From an uncultured Muribaculaceae bacterium (GTDB taxonomy: Bacteria; Bacillota_I; Bacilli_A; RF39; UBA660): a DNA stretch of 64,000 nt. The stretch spans positions 133,560 to 197,559 of the forward strand of contig CAYJJQ010000001.1 of assembly GCA_964370545.1 (NCBI GenBank), written 5' to 3'. Within the stretch, counting starts at the first letter, position 1. Every line of letters begins with the position of its first letter. Below are positions 28,278 through 38,096 of the stretch, one piece after another. The translations under genes were made by a program, and so were the position numbers. Under the pieces are notes generated by a model. It made no database searches. It was not told where the DNA came from and saw only the letters and a list, made by a program, of their open reading frames with translations.

Positions 28278-28306
28278 ATTTTAACAAAAAAACCAGTAAA
28301 AAGCAA
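28278..28306 (-). promoter_or_regulatory. candidate promoter for tRNA-His
   Basis: Minus strand reads TTGCTT, 17 nt, TAAAAT. The -10 ends 12 nt before the tRNA 5' end. Confidence 0.45.
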
Positions 28307-28430
28307 GTGTTATTTGATTTTTGGATTTTAAATGATTTAATGTGTAAAATAGTATATTATTTTTTAAAATATTTTTTTTAATTTTCAAATGTTTTATGTT
28401 ATAATAATTATGATGATAGGAGAATAAATC

Positions 28431-30746
28431 GTGGCGATAAAAAAAAGTGATATTAATTTAATTAATGAGTATTGGAATGCACTAAATTATTTAGCTGTAG
28501 GACAATTATATTTAAAGGATAACCCTTTACTAAAAGAACCACTTAAACTAAGTGATGTAAAAACAAACGTAATAGGACATTGGGGAACTGTTCCAGGTCA
28601 AAATTTGATTTATGCTCACTTAAACAGAGCAATAAATAAATTTAATTTAGATATGATATATCTATCAGGTCCAGGACATGGAGGAAATGCTCCAGTAGCT
28701 TGTACTTATCTTGAAGGAAGTTATACTGAAGTATATCCAGACATAACACAAGACGAAGAAGGAATGAAGAAACTATTTAAAAGTTTCAGTTTTCCTGGTG
28801 GTATATCATCACATGCTGCTCCTGAAACTCCAGGAAGTATTCATGAAGGTGGAGAGTTAGGTTATTCACTTGCTCATGCATATGGTGCAGTACTTGATAA
28901 TCCAAATTTAATAGCTGCAACAGTAGTTGGTGATGGTGAAGCAGAAACAGGACCTTTAGCAACTTCATGGCATTTAAATAAATTTTTAAATTATGGAAAA
29001 GATGGTGTAGTTTTACCTATCCTCCATTTGAATGGATTTAAAATTAATAATCCAACAATACTTTCGAGAATGAATAAGGAAGATTTATATAGTTATTTTA
29101 CTGGACTTGGATATAAGCCTTATTATGTAAAAGGTGTTAGACCAAATAATTTACATAAAGATCTTGCTAATGCTTTAGAAAGCGCTATTAAAGATATTAA
29201 ACATATAAGAAAAAATCATAAATCAATTAAAAATATATATTTGCCAATGATTATATTAGATACCCCTAAAGGTATTACCGGACCTAAAGAAATAGTAGGA
29301 ACTTATTTAGCTCATCAAATACCATTTAATGTAAAGAATCAAAATGACTTAAATAAACTTGAAAAATGGTTAAAAAGTTATAAACCTGAAACTTTATTTG
29401 ATGATAAAGGAAGATTAAGAAAAGATTTAAAATTACTTAATCCGCATGGTAAAAGAAGAATGGGATCAAATCCACATACTAATGGTGGATTGTTACTTAA
29501 AAATTTAGTTTTACCTGATTTTAAAAAATATGCTCTTGAATTTAGAAAAAGAGGATCAGTAGAAGCATCTGATATGATGCATATGGGTAAATATTTAAAA
29601 GATGTTTATAAAGTTAATAAAGTAAATAAAAATTTTAGAATATTTGGACCAGATGAAGCAATGAGTAATAGATTCAATCATGTTTTTGATATAGAGAAAA
29701 AAACATGGAATATGTCAACTTTACCTGAAGAAAAATTATTAAATGAAAATGGTAGAGTATTAGATGGCATATTATCAGAACATTTTTGTGAAGGTGCTTT
29801 AGAAGGGTATTTACTTACCGGAAGACACGGTTTAATACACTCATATGAATCATTTATAAGAGTTATAGATTCAATGGTATCACAACATGCTAAATGGCTT
29901 AAAGTATCAAAAGAATTACCATGGCGTGAAGATATTGCATCATTAAACATAATTTTATCATCACATGTTTGGCAACAAGATCACAATGGTTATACACATC
30001 AAGATCCAGGCTTCTTAGATCATATTGCAACTAAAAAAGCAGAGATAGCCAGAATATACTTACCGTATGATGCAAATTCACTTCTTAGCTGTGTAAATCA
30101 TGTATTAAAAAGTAAAAATTATGTTAATGTTATAGTTGCTAGTAAGCATCCAAGACCACAGTGGCTTTCAATGAATGAAACTGTTAAACATATGAAAAAA
30201 GGTATTGGTGTTTGGAATTGGGCAAGTACACATGAAAAAGACGATGTAGATGTTGTTCTTGCTTGTGCTGGGGACACGCCAACACTTGAAGTTTTAGCAG
30301 CATCAACTATATTAAAAGAGTTTATGCCTGATATTAAAATTAAAGTAGTAAATGTAGTAGATTTATTTAAATTAGTATCAAATGATAAACATCCTCATGG
30401 TTTAACTCATGAAGATTATAATGATATATTTACTAAAGATAAACCAATAATATTTGCGTTCCATGGATATCCTAGTTTAGTACACCAATTTGTATATAAT
30501 AGAGATAATCAAAATATACATGTTAGAGGATATAATGAAGAAGGTACTATTACAACTCCATTTGATATGAGAGTGCAAAATAAAATGGATAGATATCATT
30601 TAGTATTAGATGTATTAAAATACTCTAAACTGAGAAATAAAAAATTAGAAAATTATTGTAATGAAATGTTAGAAAAACATAATAGTTATATAGTTCAACA
30701 TGGTAAAGATATAGATGAAGTATTAAAATGGAAATTTAAAGAGTAA
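28431..30746 (+). CDS. xfp: xylulose-5-phosphate/fructose-6-phosphate phosphoketolase
   Basis: 771-aa ORF with GTG start after aggag. Signatures GHWGTVPGQN, SGPGHGG, EGGELGYSL and GDGEAETGPLA. Confidence 0.95.
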   Translation: MAIKKSDINLINEYWNALNYLAVGQLYLKDNPLLKEPLKLSDVKTNVIGHWGTVPGQNLIYAHLNRAINKFNLDMIYLSGPGHGGNAPVACTYLEGSYTEVYPDITQDEEGMKKLFKSFSFPGGISSHAAPETPGSIHEGGELGYSLAHAYGAVLDNPNLIAATVVGDGEAETGPLATSWHLNKFLNYGKDGVVLPILHLNGFKINNPTILSRMNKEDLYSYFTGLGYKPYYVKGVRPNNLHKDLANALESAIKDIKHIRKNHKSIKNIYLPMIILDTPKGITGPKEIVGTYLAHQIPFNVKNQNDLNKLEKWLKSYKPETLFDDKGRLRKDLKLLNPHGKRRMGSNPHTNGGLLLKNLVLPDFKKYALEFRKRGSVEASDMMHMGKYLKDVYKVNKVNKNFRIFGPDEAMSNRFNHVFDIEKKTWNMSTLPEEKLLNENGRVLDGILSEHFCEGALEGYLLTGRHGLIHSYESFIRVIDSMVSQHAKWLKVSKELPWREDIASLNIILSSHVWQQDHNGYTHQDPGFLDHIATKKAEIARIYLPYDANSLLSCVNHVLKSKNYVNVIVASKHPRPQWLSMNETVKHMKKGIGVWNWASTHEKDDVDVVLACAGDTPTLEVLAASTILKEFMPDIKIKVVNVVDLFKLVSNDKHPHGLTHEDYNDIFTKDKPIIFAFHGYPSLVHQFVYNRDNQNIHVRGYNEEGTITTPFDMRVQNKMDRYHLVLDVLKYSKLRNKKLENYCNEMLEKHNSYIVQHGKDIDEVLKWKFKE

Positions 30747-30810
30747 GTTATTAAACTTACTTTTTTATTATTTTAATATATGTTATAATTACTTTAGATA
30801 GGTGGTAAAT

Positions 30811-31395
30811 ATGGATAATATTATAATAGTTCTTTTAGTGTTATTAGTAATTATTGCAATTATTACTTTAATAATATATAAAAAGAAAATAGATTTAGTT
30901 AAGAAAAACTCTGCTAAATATGAAAGTTTAAAAAAATTAAATAGTAAATATACATTTAATGAAAATGTAAAAAAACACATATTAATAAGTAATTATGTTA
31001 GAAATAAGACAGCATTATCTAAAATAAATAGAGTAGAGTTACTTAAAAATATGTTTGAAGATAATGTTAATAATCTTGCACTGAATTTAGAATATGTTAT
31101 GGAAAATGAAACTAATTTTATAGAATATGAACAAAAATATGAAAAAATCAATGATGTAACAGAACCTGAAGTTATAGCAGTTACTAATATTAAAATGAAA
31201 ACATTTTTATTTTTAGAAAAAAGATTATTTAAATCTGATAAACTAAAACCTTTAGTAACAACAGACTTAAAAATAATATCTAGTTTTAATGGCCCAGAAG
31301 ATAAAAATAAATATGAAAAAAAAGAAATATATACTTATGAAGAATTAAAAAATATTTTTAAAGAAACTAAAGTAACTAATAAAGAGGGAGAATAA
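30811..31395 (+). CDS. hypothetical protein with N-terminal transmembrane anchor
   Basis: ATG at 30811 follows aggtgg. N-terminal helix IIIVLLVLLVIIAIITLIIY. Ends 1 nt before the dfx start. Confidence 0.55.
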   Translation: MDNIIIVLLVLLVIIAIITLIIYKKKIDLVKKNSAKYESLKKLNSKYTFNENVKKHILISNYVRNKTALSKINRVELLKNMFEDNVNNLALNLEYVMENETNFIEYEQKYEKINDVTEPEVIAVTNIKMKTFLFLEKRLFKSDKLKPLVTTDLKIISSFNGPEDKNKYEKKEIYTYEELKNIFKETKVTNKEGE

Positions 31396-31396
31396 T

Positions 31397-31771
31397 ATGG
31401 AATTTTATATTTGTAATCATTGTAAAAATGTAGCAACAAAAGTAGTTGATGCAGGAGCTAATTTAGTATGTTGTGGAGATAATATGGAACTTCTTAATGC
31501 TAATACTGTTGATGCTGCTTTAGAAAAACATATACCTGTTTTAAATGTAGATAACAATACTCTTAATATTAAAGTTGGTTCTGTATTACATCCGATGGAT
31601 TCAGATCACTATATCATGTTTATAGCGGTTGTAAAAAAAAGTGGAGCAGAATTAATCAAGTTAGCTCCTGGAGGATCTCTTGAACTTAATGTAACTAAAA
31701 ATGAAAATGATATATTCATTGAAGTTTATGCTTATTGCAATTTACATGGACTTTGGAAAACTACTGTATAG
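31397..31771 (+). CDS. dfx: desulfoferrodoxin (2Fe superoxide reductase)
   Basis: N-terminal desulforedoxin-like CNHC...CC. C-terminal SOR ligands EKHIP, HPM, H and CNLHGLW. Confidence 0.9.
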   Translation: MEFYICNHCKNVATKVVDAGANLVCCGDNMELLNANTVDAALEKHIPVLNVDNNTLNIKVGSVLHPMDSDHYIMFIAVVKKSGAELIKLAPGGSLELNVTKNENDIFIEVYAYCNLHGLWKTTV

Positions 31772-31781
31772 TAGTTTTTTT
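31757..31781 (+). terminator. intrinsic terminator after dfx
   Basis: aaaactact-gtat-agtagtttt plus a T-run. The stop codon lies inside the hairpin. Confidence 0.75.
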
Positions 31782-31831
31782 ATGAATAAAAAGACATAAA
31801 AAAAACTAGATTACTCTAGTTATTTTTTTAT

Positions 31832-31908
31832 TGGTAGCGACGGAGGGATTTGAACCCCCGACCTACCGGGTATGAACCGGTTGCTCTAGCCAGCTGAGCT
31901 ACATCGCC
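31832..31908 (-). tRNA. elongator tRNA-Met (CAU)
   Basis: 77 nt, GGCGATGTAGCTCAGCTGGCTAGAGCAACCGGTTCATACCCGG... Close to the Bacillus elongator tRNA-Met as recalled and lacks the initiator features. Encoded CCA. A ctaga-ttac-tctag hairpin with an A/T-run lies downstream. Confidence 0.85.
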
Positions 31909-32037
31909 ATGTCTTTTTTGAAAGACAAATAAATTATAACAAAAAGATACAAAAAATGCAAGTTTAATTGTTTATTAAAATGAATAATATATTGACAGTG
32001 TTTTTTTAATTTGTTATTTTTATATTAGAGGTGTATT

Positions 32038-32658
32038 ATGAAAATAAAACAAGAATATGAGGAAACAAAAAAAAGATTAGAAGAATTAAAACAGCTAGTT
32101 AGAGCAGAAGAAATAAAAAAGAAAAATCTAGAAAAAAAATTAGATATAACAAAGATCTTTAATGTTTCTCAAATCGGTAAAATACTTGCGAAACTATTAA
32201 CTACAGTAAGTGAAGAAAACTATATATTTAAGACTAAAATAGGAGATGAAGAAATTTTAAAATTCGGTTATATGGATAAGTGGATCGATCATGAAAAATA
32301 TGTTAGATTTTATATAGAAAAAGAAGGTTTGAATATAGATTTAACAAAACCTATTAATATGGAATTAAAGGAATCAGGAGAATTTATACTCCTTAGAAAT
32401 GTTAGTTCATACCTTAATATAAATGATATGCTTAAAATTGATTTATCGCTATTTCATACTATAACTTTTCCTATAGAAATAAATTTTATAGGAGAGTTTG
32501 TATCTAAACTAATTGATTTTAGAATAGAAAATGATTTAATTGATATAACAATAGAAGATATGGAACAGTATTTAAATGAATATTTAAGTGTTAATAGAAA
32601 ATCTTTAGTTGAACATTATAAAATGCATAAACCTAGAGTAGTATATATAAAAAAGTAA
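32038..32658 (+). CDS. hypothetical protein
   Basis: 206-aa ORF with agaggtg RBS. N-terminal coiled-coil-like K/E stretch. No family recognised. Confidence 0.55.
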   Translation: MKIKQEYEETKKRLEELKQLVRAEEIKKKNLEKKLDITKIFNVSQIGKILAKLLTTVSEENYIFKTKIGDEEILKFGYMDKWIDHEKYVRFYIEKEGLNIDLTKPINMELKESGEFILLRNVSSYLNINDMLKIDLSLFHTITFPIEINFIGEFVSKLIDFRIENDLIDITIEDMEQYLNEYLSVNRKSLVEHYKMHKPRVVYIKK

Positions 32659-32671
32659 TGTATTTTTCACA

Positions 32672-33109
32672 TTACTTTTTTATATTAGTTTCATAATCAT
32701 CATAATTAAGATTATCACTTACAACTTTAATACTAGTTACATTTTTAAATCCTAAGGCCATGATATAAGCAAGTTCCATGTCAAATACTACAGGAGTATT
32801 GATTTTTGTTTCAAGAACAAAATCATTTGATGTAAGACATAAAATATCTCCTCCGGGTAAATCATAAATGGGTTCATCATATTCAACGTTAGGATGATAA
32901 AGTTTAACTCTATCTATTTTTACAACTTCACCTATAGGTATATTATTGCTTCCTACATAGCCCAAATTTAATATAGGAGTATCCTTATCCAAATCTTTTA
33001 GTTTTTCTATAACATTTAATCCACCAACTCCAGTAAGTATCACTTCGTCATTACTTGTATTAAATTTTTCTGCGAGCGTTAATTCTTCATTTGTAGCAAT
33101 CACTATCAT
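32672..33109 (-). CDS. short PNP/UDP/MTAN-superfamily nucleosidase-like protein
   Basis: 145 aa from ATG 33109 (after aaggaag). Blocks align to MTA/SAH nucleosidase as recalled: IVIATNEE, LTGVGGLN, LNLGYVGS, IGEVV, LTSNDFV, FDMELAYIMAL, KVVSD. It is about 85 aa shorter than canonical MtnN. Confidence 0.6.
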   Translation of the reverse strand: MIVIATNEELTLAEKFNTSNDEVILTGVGGLNVIEKLKDLDKDTPILNLGYVGSNNIPIGEVVKIDRVKLYHPNVEYDEPIYDLPGGDILCLTSNDFVLETKINTPVVFDMELAYIMALGFKNVTSIKVVSDNLNYDDYETNIKK

Positions 33110-33233
33110 ATTATTCACTTCCTTCAAAATAATTATATCATAATATAAAATAACTGTATAAATGTTTTAAATTTAACAGTTTTTATTTAACTAATAAACA
33201 TAATGTGCTATAATTTTTATATGGAGTGATAAA

Positions 33234-33962
33234 ATGGAAAAGAGAAACAAAATATTTTTAGGAATTACTATTACAGTAACTATATTAATTGTTATTTTAT
33301 GTATATTTGCAATTATTCAATACAAAAATGATGAAGCAAATAAGGTTGTAAATGAGATTTCTAAATTTGCAGAAGAATACGAAGGATATAATGGTATGGG
33401 CAAAGGTGATAATATCCATGTTGACTTAGATATTAATGATAATGCTACTGTTGTATATAAAGAAATCGATGAGGTAGTTGAGTTAGCAGAATCAGAAGAC
33501 GTTTTACTTTATTTTGGATTTGCAAACTGTCAGTGGTGTAGAAGTATGATTCCTTCACTATTAAATTCATCTGAAAAAACTGGTGGAACTATTTATTATA
33601 TTGATATAGAAGAAATAAGAGATCTATATGCTTATGAAGATGGTGAAGTAGTACTAAAAGAAGAAGGCGCAGAAGGATATAGTGAAACTGTTGAACTTCT
33701 TAAAGATGTACTTGATAACTATGTGGTAAGAGATGAAGATGGAGAAGAATATGATACTGGAACATATAGAATATATGCTCCAACAGTAGTTGCTATTAAA
33801 GATGGTAAACCAGTAGCTTCTCATATAGGAACTTTTGAAGGTATAGAAGATCCATATATCGTATTAACTGAAGATCAATCTGAAGAACTACAAAATATAT
33901 ATGATGATATGTTTGGAAAAATCATGAATGTGAACTGCGAATCTAGCGATGAACTTTGCTAG
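33234..33962 (+). CDS. membrane-anchored thioredoxin-fold protein (CxxC)
   Basis: N-terminal TM helix. LLYFGFANCQWCRSMIP places the CxxC at the position typical of a thioredoxin fold. Acidic C-terminal part. Confidence 0.6.
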   Translation: MEKRNKIFLGITITVTILIVILCIFAIIQYKNDEANKVVNEISKFAEEYEGYNGMGKGDNIHVDLDINDNATVVYKEIDEVVELAESEDVLLYFGFANCQWCRSMIPSLLNSSEKTGGTIYYIDIEEIRDLYAYEDGEVVLKEEGAEGYSETVELLKDVLDNYVVRDEDGEEYDTGTYRIYAPTVVAIKDGKPVASHIGTFEGIEDPYIVLTEDQSEELQNIYDDMFGKIMNVNCESSDELC

Positions 33963-34024
33963 GTTTTTTCTTGTTATATTTATAAAACTAGTGTATAATT
34001 TTAAATAGAATAAAGGATGTAATT

Positions 34025-34936
34025 ATGGGAAAAAGAAAAAAAGAAAAAGTAGTTATAAATAATCAAGAATTGACACCTACAGTTTTAGGAGAACTTTCTG
34101 TAAATAAAAAAACAAGTATTATTCCATTAATAATTATTTTTGTTTTATTAATTACTTTTACTATTTTCTTGCCTGATATAGTAGCGTATATTGAAAATGA
34201 AAAAGAATCAACAACTGTTACACCTGGGTCGAATAATACTATAGTAACACCTCCAATAGAAGAAACAAATAAATATATTATAGAATCCGGAATGGAAATA
34301 GAGTTAGATGATATAAAACTAAGTGATTTTTTACATGTAGATAATATATTATCATTTAAGTTAACAAATATAAGTACTGAATCTTTAGTTATGAATAATA
34401 CTAATTATTTTTTAGAAATATATAGTGATAAAGATGTTATATTAGATAAAATAATTATAGAAAATCTAGATTTGGAAAGTGGAGAATCATTAGATTATTC
34501 TAAAAATGTTGATGCTGATATTAGTTATCTGAAATTTAGTTATATTAAAAGTAGTGATTATCCTGAATTTACTTTAGATTATTCAAGCGGTATAGCAACA
34601 CTAACATGTCAAAAAGATTTACTGAACTTAGTTTATAGTTTTGAAGAAACTGGATTAGTTAGTTTGAATGAGAGTATTTCTTTAGAATCAACCAATACTG
34701 ATTTTAATGATTATTATAACTATTATACAGAAAAAAGAAATAGTTATTTAAATGCAACTGGAGTAACAGTTACATTTAATTCTCTTATTTCTAGATTTGA
34801 ATATATTGCAACTTATGACTTAAAGTTATATAATAACAATACAAATGCGTTAGAAGAGAATTACTTTTATGGAAAATTGACTCAAGAAAATGTTGTTAAA
34901 TATGAAAATGAGGCTCGAGGATTTATTTGTAGTTAG
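34025..34936 (+). CDS. hypothetical protein with N-terminal transmembrane anchor
   Basis: 303-aa ORF. TM helix IIPLIIIFVLLITFTIFL. No family recognised. Confidence 0.55.
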   Translation: MGKRKKEKVVINNQELTPTVLGELSVNKKTSIIPLIIIFVLLITFTIFLPDIVAYIENEKESTTVTPGSNNTIVTPPIEETNKYIIESGMEIELDDIKLSDFLHVDNILSFKLTNISTESLVMNNTNYFLEIYSDKDVILDKIIIENLDLESGESLDYSKNVDADISYLKFSYIKSSDYPEFTLDYSSGIATLTCQKDLLNLVYSFEETGLVSLNESISLESTNTDFNDYYNYYTEKRNSYLNATGVTVTFNSLISRFEYIATYDLKLYNNNTNALEENYFYGKLTQENVVKYENEARGFICS

Positions 34937-34944
34937 GAGTATTT

Positions 34945-35652
34945 ATGAATTTTACAATTAATGATTTTGAAGGACCATTAGATTTATTATTACATTTTGT
35001 AAAAACAGCTAAAATGGATATCTATCAAATTGATGTTAAAGTAATTATTGATGAATATTTAAAGTTTATAAATTTAACCGATAAAAGTGATTTAGATAAT
35101 GCTAGTGAGTATTTGGTTATGGCAGCTGAGTTAATACATCTAAAAAGTAGATTATTAATAAATGAGAAAATAACAGATGAAGAAACTGAGTATGAAATTA
35201 ATTCAGAAGAAGATTTAAAAAATAAATTAATTGAATATGAAAAATATAAAAATATATGTAATGAGTTTAGAATATACGAAGAAAATAGAAAAGACTTTTT
35301 TACTAAAGTACCTGAGAATTTAAAAGAATATGCAGTGGAAAATAACAACACTCTTGAAGTTTCTTTAGATGATTTAGTTAGTGCTTTCTTGGACTTGAAA
35401 AAAAGAGAAAGTGATCAGAAACCTATTAATACTAGAATTACAAAAAAAGAACTAAGTGTAGAAGATAAAGTTAAATATATTAAAACTGTAATAAAAAAAG
35501 GAACTAAAGTTAATTTTTTTGATTTATTTGAAAGAAATACAACTGAAGAATTGATTGTTACTTTTTTATCAATTTTAAATTTATGTAAAGATAATATTAT
35601 TGATATTACACAAGATAAAAATTTAGGTAATATTTATATAGAAGGAAAATAA
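34945..35652 (+). CDS. scpA: segregation and condensation protein A
   Basis: FEGPLDLLLHFVKTAKMDIYQIDV N-terminal signature, followed directly by scpB. Confidence 0.9.
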   Translation: MNFTINDFEGPLDLLLHFVKTAKMDIYQIDVKVIIDEYLKFINLTDKSDLDNASEYLVMAAELIHLKSRLLINEKITDEETEYEINSEEDLKNKLIEYEKYKNICNEFRIYEENRKDFFTKVPENLKEYAVENNNTLEVSLDDLVSAFLDLKKRESDQKPINTRITKKELSVEDKVKYIKTVIKKGTKVNFFDLFERNTTEELIVTFLSILNLCKDNIIDITQDKNLGNIYIEGK

Positions 35653-35653
35653 A

Positions 35654-36214
35654 ATGAATAAACTAGCAATTTTAGAGGGATTATTATTTGCAGTAGGTGA
35701 TGAAGGTTTAACGCTGGATGACATTAGCAAAATAATTGAAATAAATAATGATGAAGCAAAAGAACTTTTAAAACAGTTAAGAGAAGTATATGATGATGAA
35801 AAAAGAGGGATTAGAATATCTTTCTTAGGTGAAAGCTTTAAATTAACTACTAAAAAAGAACATAAAGAATATTATCAAATGTTAATTCAAAGTAATAAAG
35901 CTGATGTGCTGAGTACAGCAGCATTAGAAACATTAGCAATTATCGCTTATAATCAACCTATAACAAGAATAGAGATAAATGAATATAGAGGAATTGAAAG
36001 TTCACATATTATAAGAAAATTAGTAGCAAGAGATTTAGTAAAAGTATCAGGTAAATCTGATCTACCGGGTAGTCCTAACTTATATAAAACTACAAGTGAA
36101 TTTCTAGATTATTTTGGTCTAGCATCACTAAGTGATTTACCAGAAATTAATTTAGAATCTAAAGATTTTGATGATGAAAAAGAATTATTCACATCTACTT
36201 ATAAAGAGTTATAA
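35654..36214 (+). CDS. scpB: segregation and condensation protein B
   Basis: ILEGLLFAVGDEGLTLDDI, LSTAALETLAIIAYNQPITRIEINEYRG and PGSPNLYKTTSEFLDYFGL. Confidence 0.9.
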   Translation: MNKLAILEGLLFAVGDEGLTLDDISKIIEINNDEAKELLKQLREVYDDEKRGIRISFLGESFKLTTKKEHKEYYQMLIQSNKADVLSTAALETLAIIAYNQPITRIEINEYRGIESSHIIRKLVARDLVKVSGKSDLPGSPNLYKTTSEFLDYFGLASLSDLPEINLESKDFDDEKELFTSTYKEL

Positions 36215-36580
36215 AACTGGAGGGTTATCAGAGTCTAAATTACCTTGTATAAAATAGTAAAATACTAATATGAAACCAACAAGAATTAAACAACTACCAA
36301 ATAATCTAATAAGTTCATTAGAAGAATCTTCACCAGATTCTTTTTTTTCTATATAAAATTTATAATTTCTAGTAACGATAACTAAATATACTATGAATGA
36401 AAATACTAAGCCCCAGAAAAATATTTTTTCTGCAGTGTTTACTAAATTCTCATCTTCTGTAATAATTCCTTTTTTTAATATCTCATCGCCGACTATATTT
36501 CCTAAACCAATTACAATAAATATAATAGATAATAATCTTTCTGTATTTATGCTATTGATTTGTTCATTTAACTCATCCAT
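36209..36580 (-). CDS. hypothetical small membrane protein
   Basis: 123-aa ORF with three or four predicted hydrophobic helices. Convergent with scpB. Confidence 0.5.
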   Translation of the reverse strand: MDELNEQINSINTERLLSIIFIVIGLGNIVGDEILKKGIITEDENLVNTAEKIFFWGLVFSFIVYLVIVTRNYKFYIEKKESGEDSSNELIRLFGSCLILVGFILVFYYFIQGNLDSDNPPVL

Positions 36581-36718
36581 ATAAATTTATATGATTATTA
36601 ATGTAATTAAAGTCTTTTAATATAAATTAATATTTAATACTTTACATAATATTATAATAAATGTTATTATATAAGTGCAGATATATAGTGATATATATAT
36701 GAAAGGAAGAGGTTTGAG

Positions 36719-37432
36719 ATGGCAAAATTTTGTACGAGTTGCGGAAAAGAATTAATGGAAGGAAAAGCTTGTAGTTGTGGTGGAGCAAAAGAAACTCCAG
36801 TTACAAAAACAGCATCAACAGGGAATATTGGAAAAGATTTAGTTGAAATTGCAAAAGGAATGTTAATTGCACCAATAGCAACAGCTAAAAAATATTCAAG
36901 TGAAAAAAATGTTAATATTGGTTATATTTTACTTGCTATTGCTCTAGTGGCGCCAGCGTTATTTGTAATAGCTTTAACTAATGAATTACAAGGGGCATTT
37001 GCTTCAATTATGTTATTAATGGGTGGAGACATAGGCGATGTGTTTTCAGCTGTAGAAGTTGATTATTTTGAAGTATTTATTTATTCTGTATTAAGTGCTG
37101 CAGCAGTTTATGGATCTATATTACTAGGTAAACTTATCATAGTAAATAAAGTTATGAAAACTGAAGTATCAATTAAAAAACATATAACAAATATTGGTGT
37201 AGCATCAGTTGTTAATTCAATTGCATGGTTATTATCAACATTATTATTATTTATTTTTGCTGATATTATTGCTGCTGTTATTTTATTAGCAGGTATTATG
37301 TTTATTGTAACACTTTACAATATTTACTTAACAAATGAAAAAGTAGATGAAAATAAATTCCCGTTAATGACTACTGCTATTTACGCTATTGTATTTGTTG
37401 TATTATACATTTTAATTCAAATAGCTATGTAA
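36719..37432 (+). CDS. zinc-ribbon domain polytopic membrane protein
   Basis: N-terminal CTSCGKEL...CSCGG zinc ribbon, then about five hydrophobic helices. Confidence 0.6.
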   Translation: MAKFCTSCGKELMEGKACSCGGAKETPVTKTASTGNIGKDLVEIAKGMLIAPIATAKKYSSEKNVNIGYILLAIALVAPALFVIALTNELQGAFASIMLLMGGDIGDVFSAVEVDYFEVFIYSVLSAAAVYGSILLGKLIIVNKVMKTEVSIKKHITNIGVASVVNSIAWLLSTLLLFIFADIIAAVILLAGIMFIVTLYNIYLTNEKVDENKFPLMTTAIYAIVFVVLYILIQIAM

Positions 37433-37513
37433 AAAAGACTCTTGTCTTTTTTTTTGTCTAATAATATATATTTATAGTAAAGAAAAATATAATATGATAT
37501 AATTTATATAGAT

Positions 37514-37600
37514 GCGAAAGTGGCGGAAGTGGTAGACGCGAAGGTCTCAAACACCTTTGTTAGTAATAACGTGTGGGTTCAAGTCCCATCTTTCGCACCA
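37514..37600 (+). tRNA. tRNA-Leu (CAA)
   Basis: 87 nt with a long variable arm. Anticodon loop CUCAAAC. Acceptor GCGAAAG/CTTTCGC. Encoded CCA. Confidence 0.9.
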
Positions 37601-37617
37601 TTTAATTTGGAGGTAAT

Positions 37618-38094
37618 ATGGAAAATAAAATAATAGAGTTTCCTAAGTTTGAAAAAATAACTAACGATTATATACCGGTTACTAGAGAAGATATTAACGA
37701 GGTTATACTATCAAATATTGATGCTATGAATGAAGTATCAGTTATAAAATATAAATTAGATGAAGATCAATTAATGTTAGTATTTGATATAATATATAAT
37801 CTATTAGAAAATACAAGAAAAGAAGATTTATATTATGAAATATTAATAAATTTAAAAGATGCTTGTGAAAATGAAGCGGCGCTTAATTCAATAGGATATG
37901 TTGATACTAGAGTGCTTACAAATAATCTGCATTGTTTAGGTAAAACAGGTGTATCTGATGAAGTAATAAAACAAATAAGAAGCTTAATAATTACACAATT
38001 AAATGCTATGGCAGATAATGTTGTAGAATTTGAAGAAGAAAAACCAGTAGTGGATAACATTCTTAATTTTGAAGATAATAGGAGAAATAAATAA
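37618..38094 (+). CDS. hypothetical protein
   Basis: 158-aa ORF with ggagg RBS immediately after the tRNA. No family recognised. Confidence 0.5.
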   Translation: MENKIIEFPKFEKITNDYIPVTREDINEVILSNIDAMNEVSVIKYKLDEDQLMLVFDIIYNLLENTRKEDLYYEILINLKDACENEAALNSIGYVDTRVLTNNLHCLGKTGVSDEVIKQIRSLIITQLNAMADNVVEFEEEKPVVDNILNFEDNRRNK

Positions 38095-38096
38095 AT

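Noticed and set aside
24870-28431. Prophage or integrative element at tRNA-His
   Set aside because: No integrase, excisionase, or replication or structural phage genes occur between the NUDIX gene and phosphoketolase. The region is only about 2.7 kb. The observation is kept as a cassette-array finding instead.
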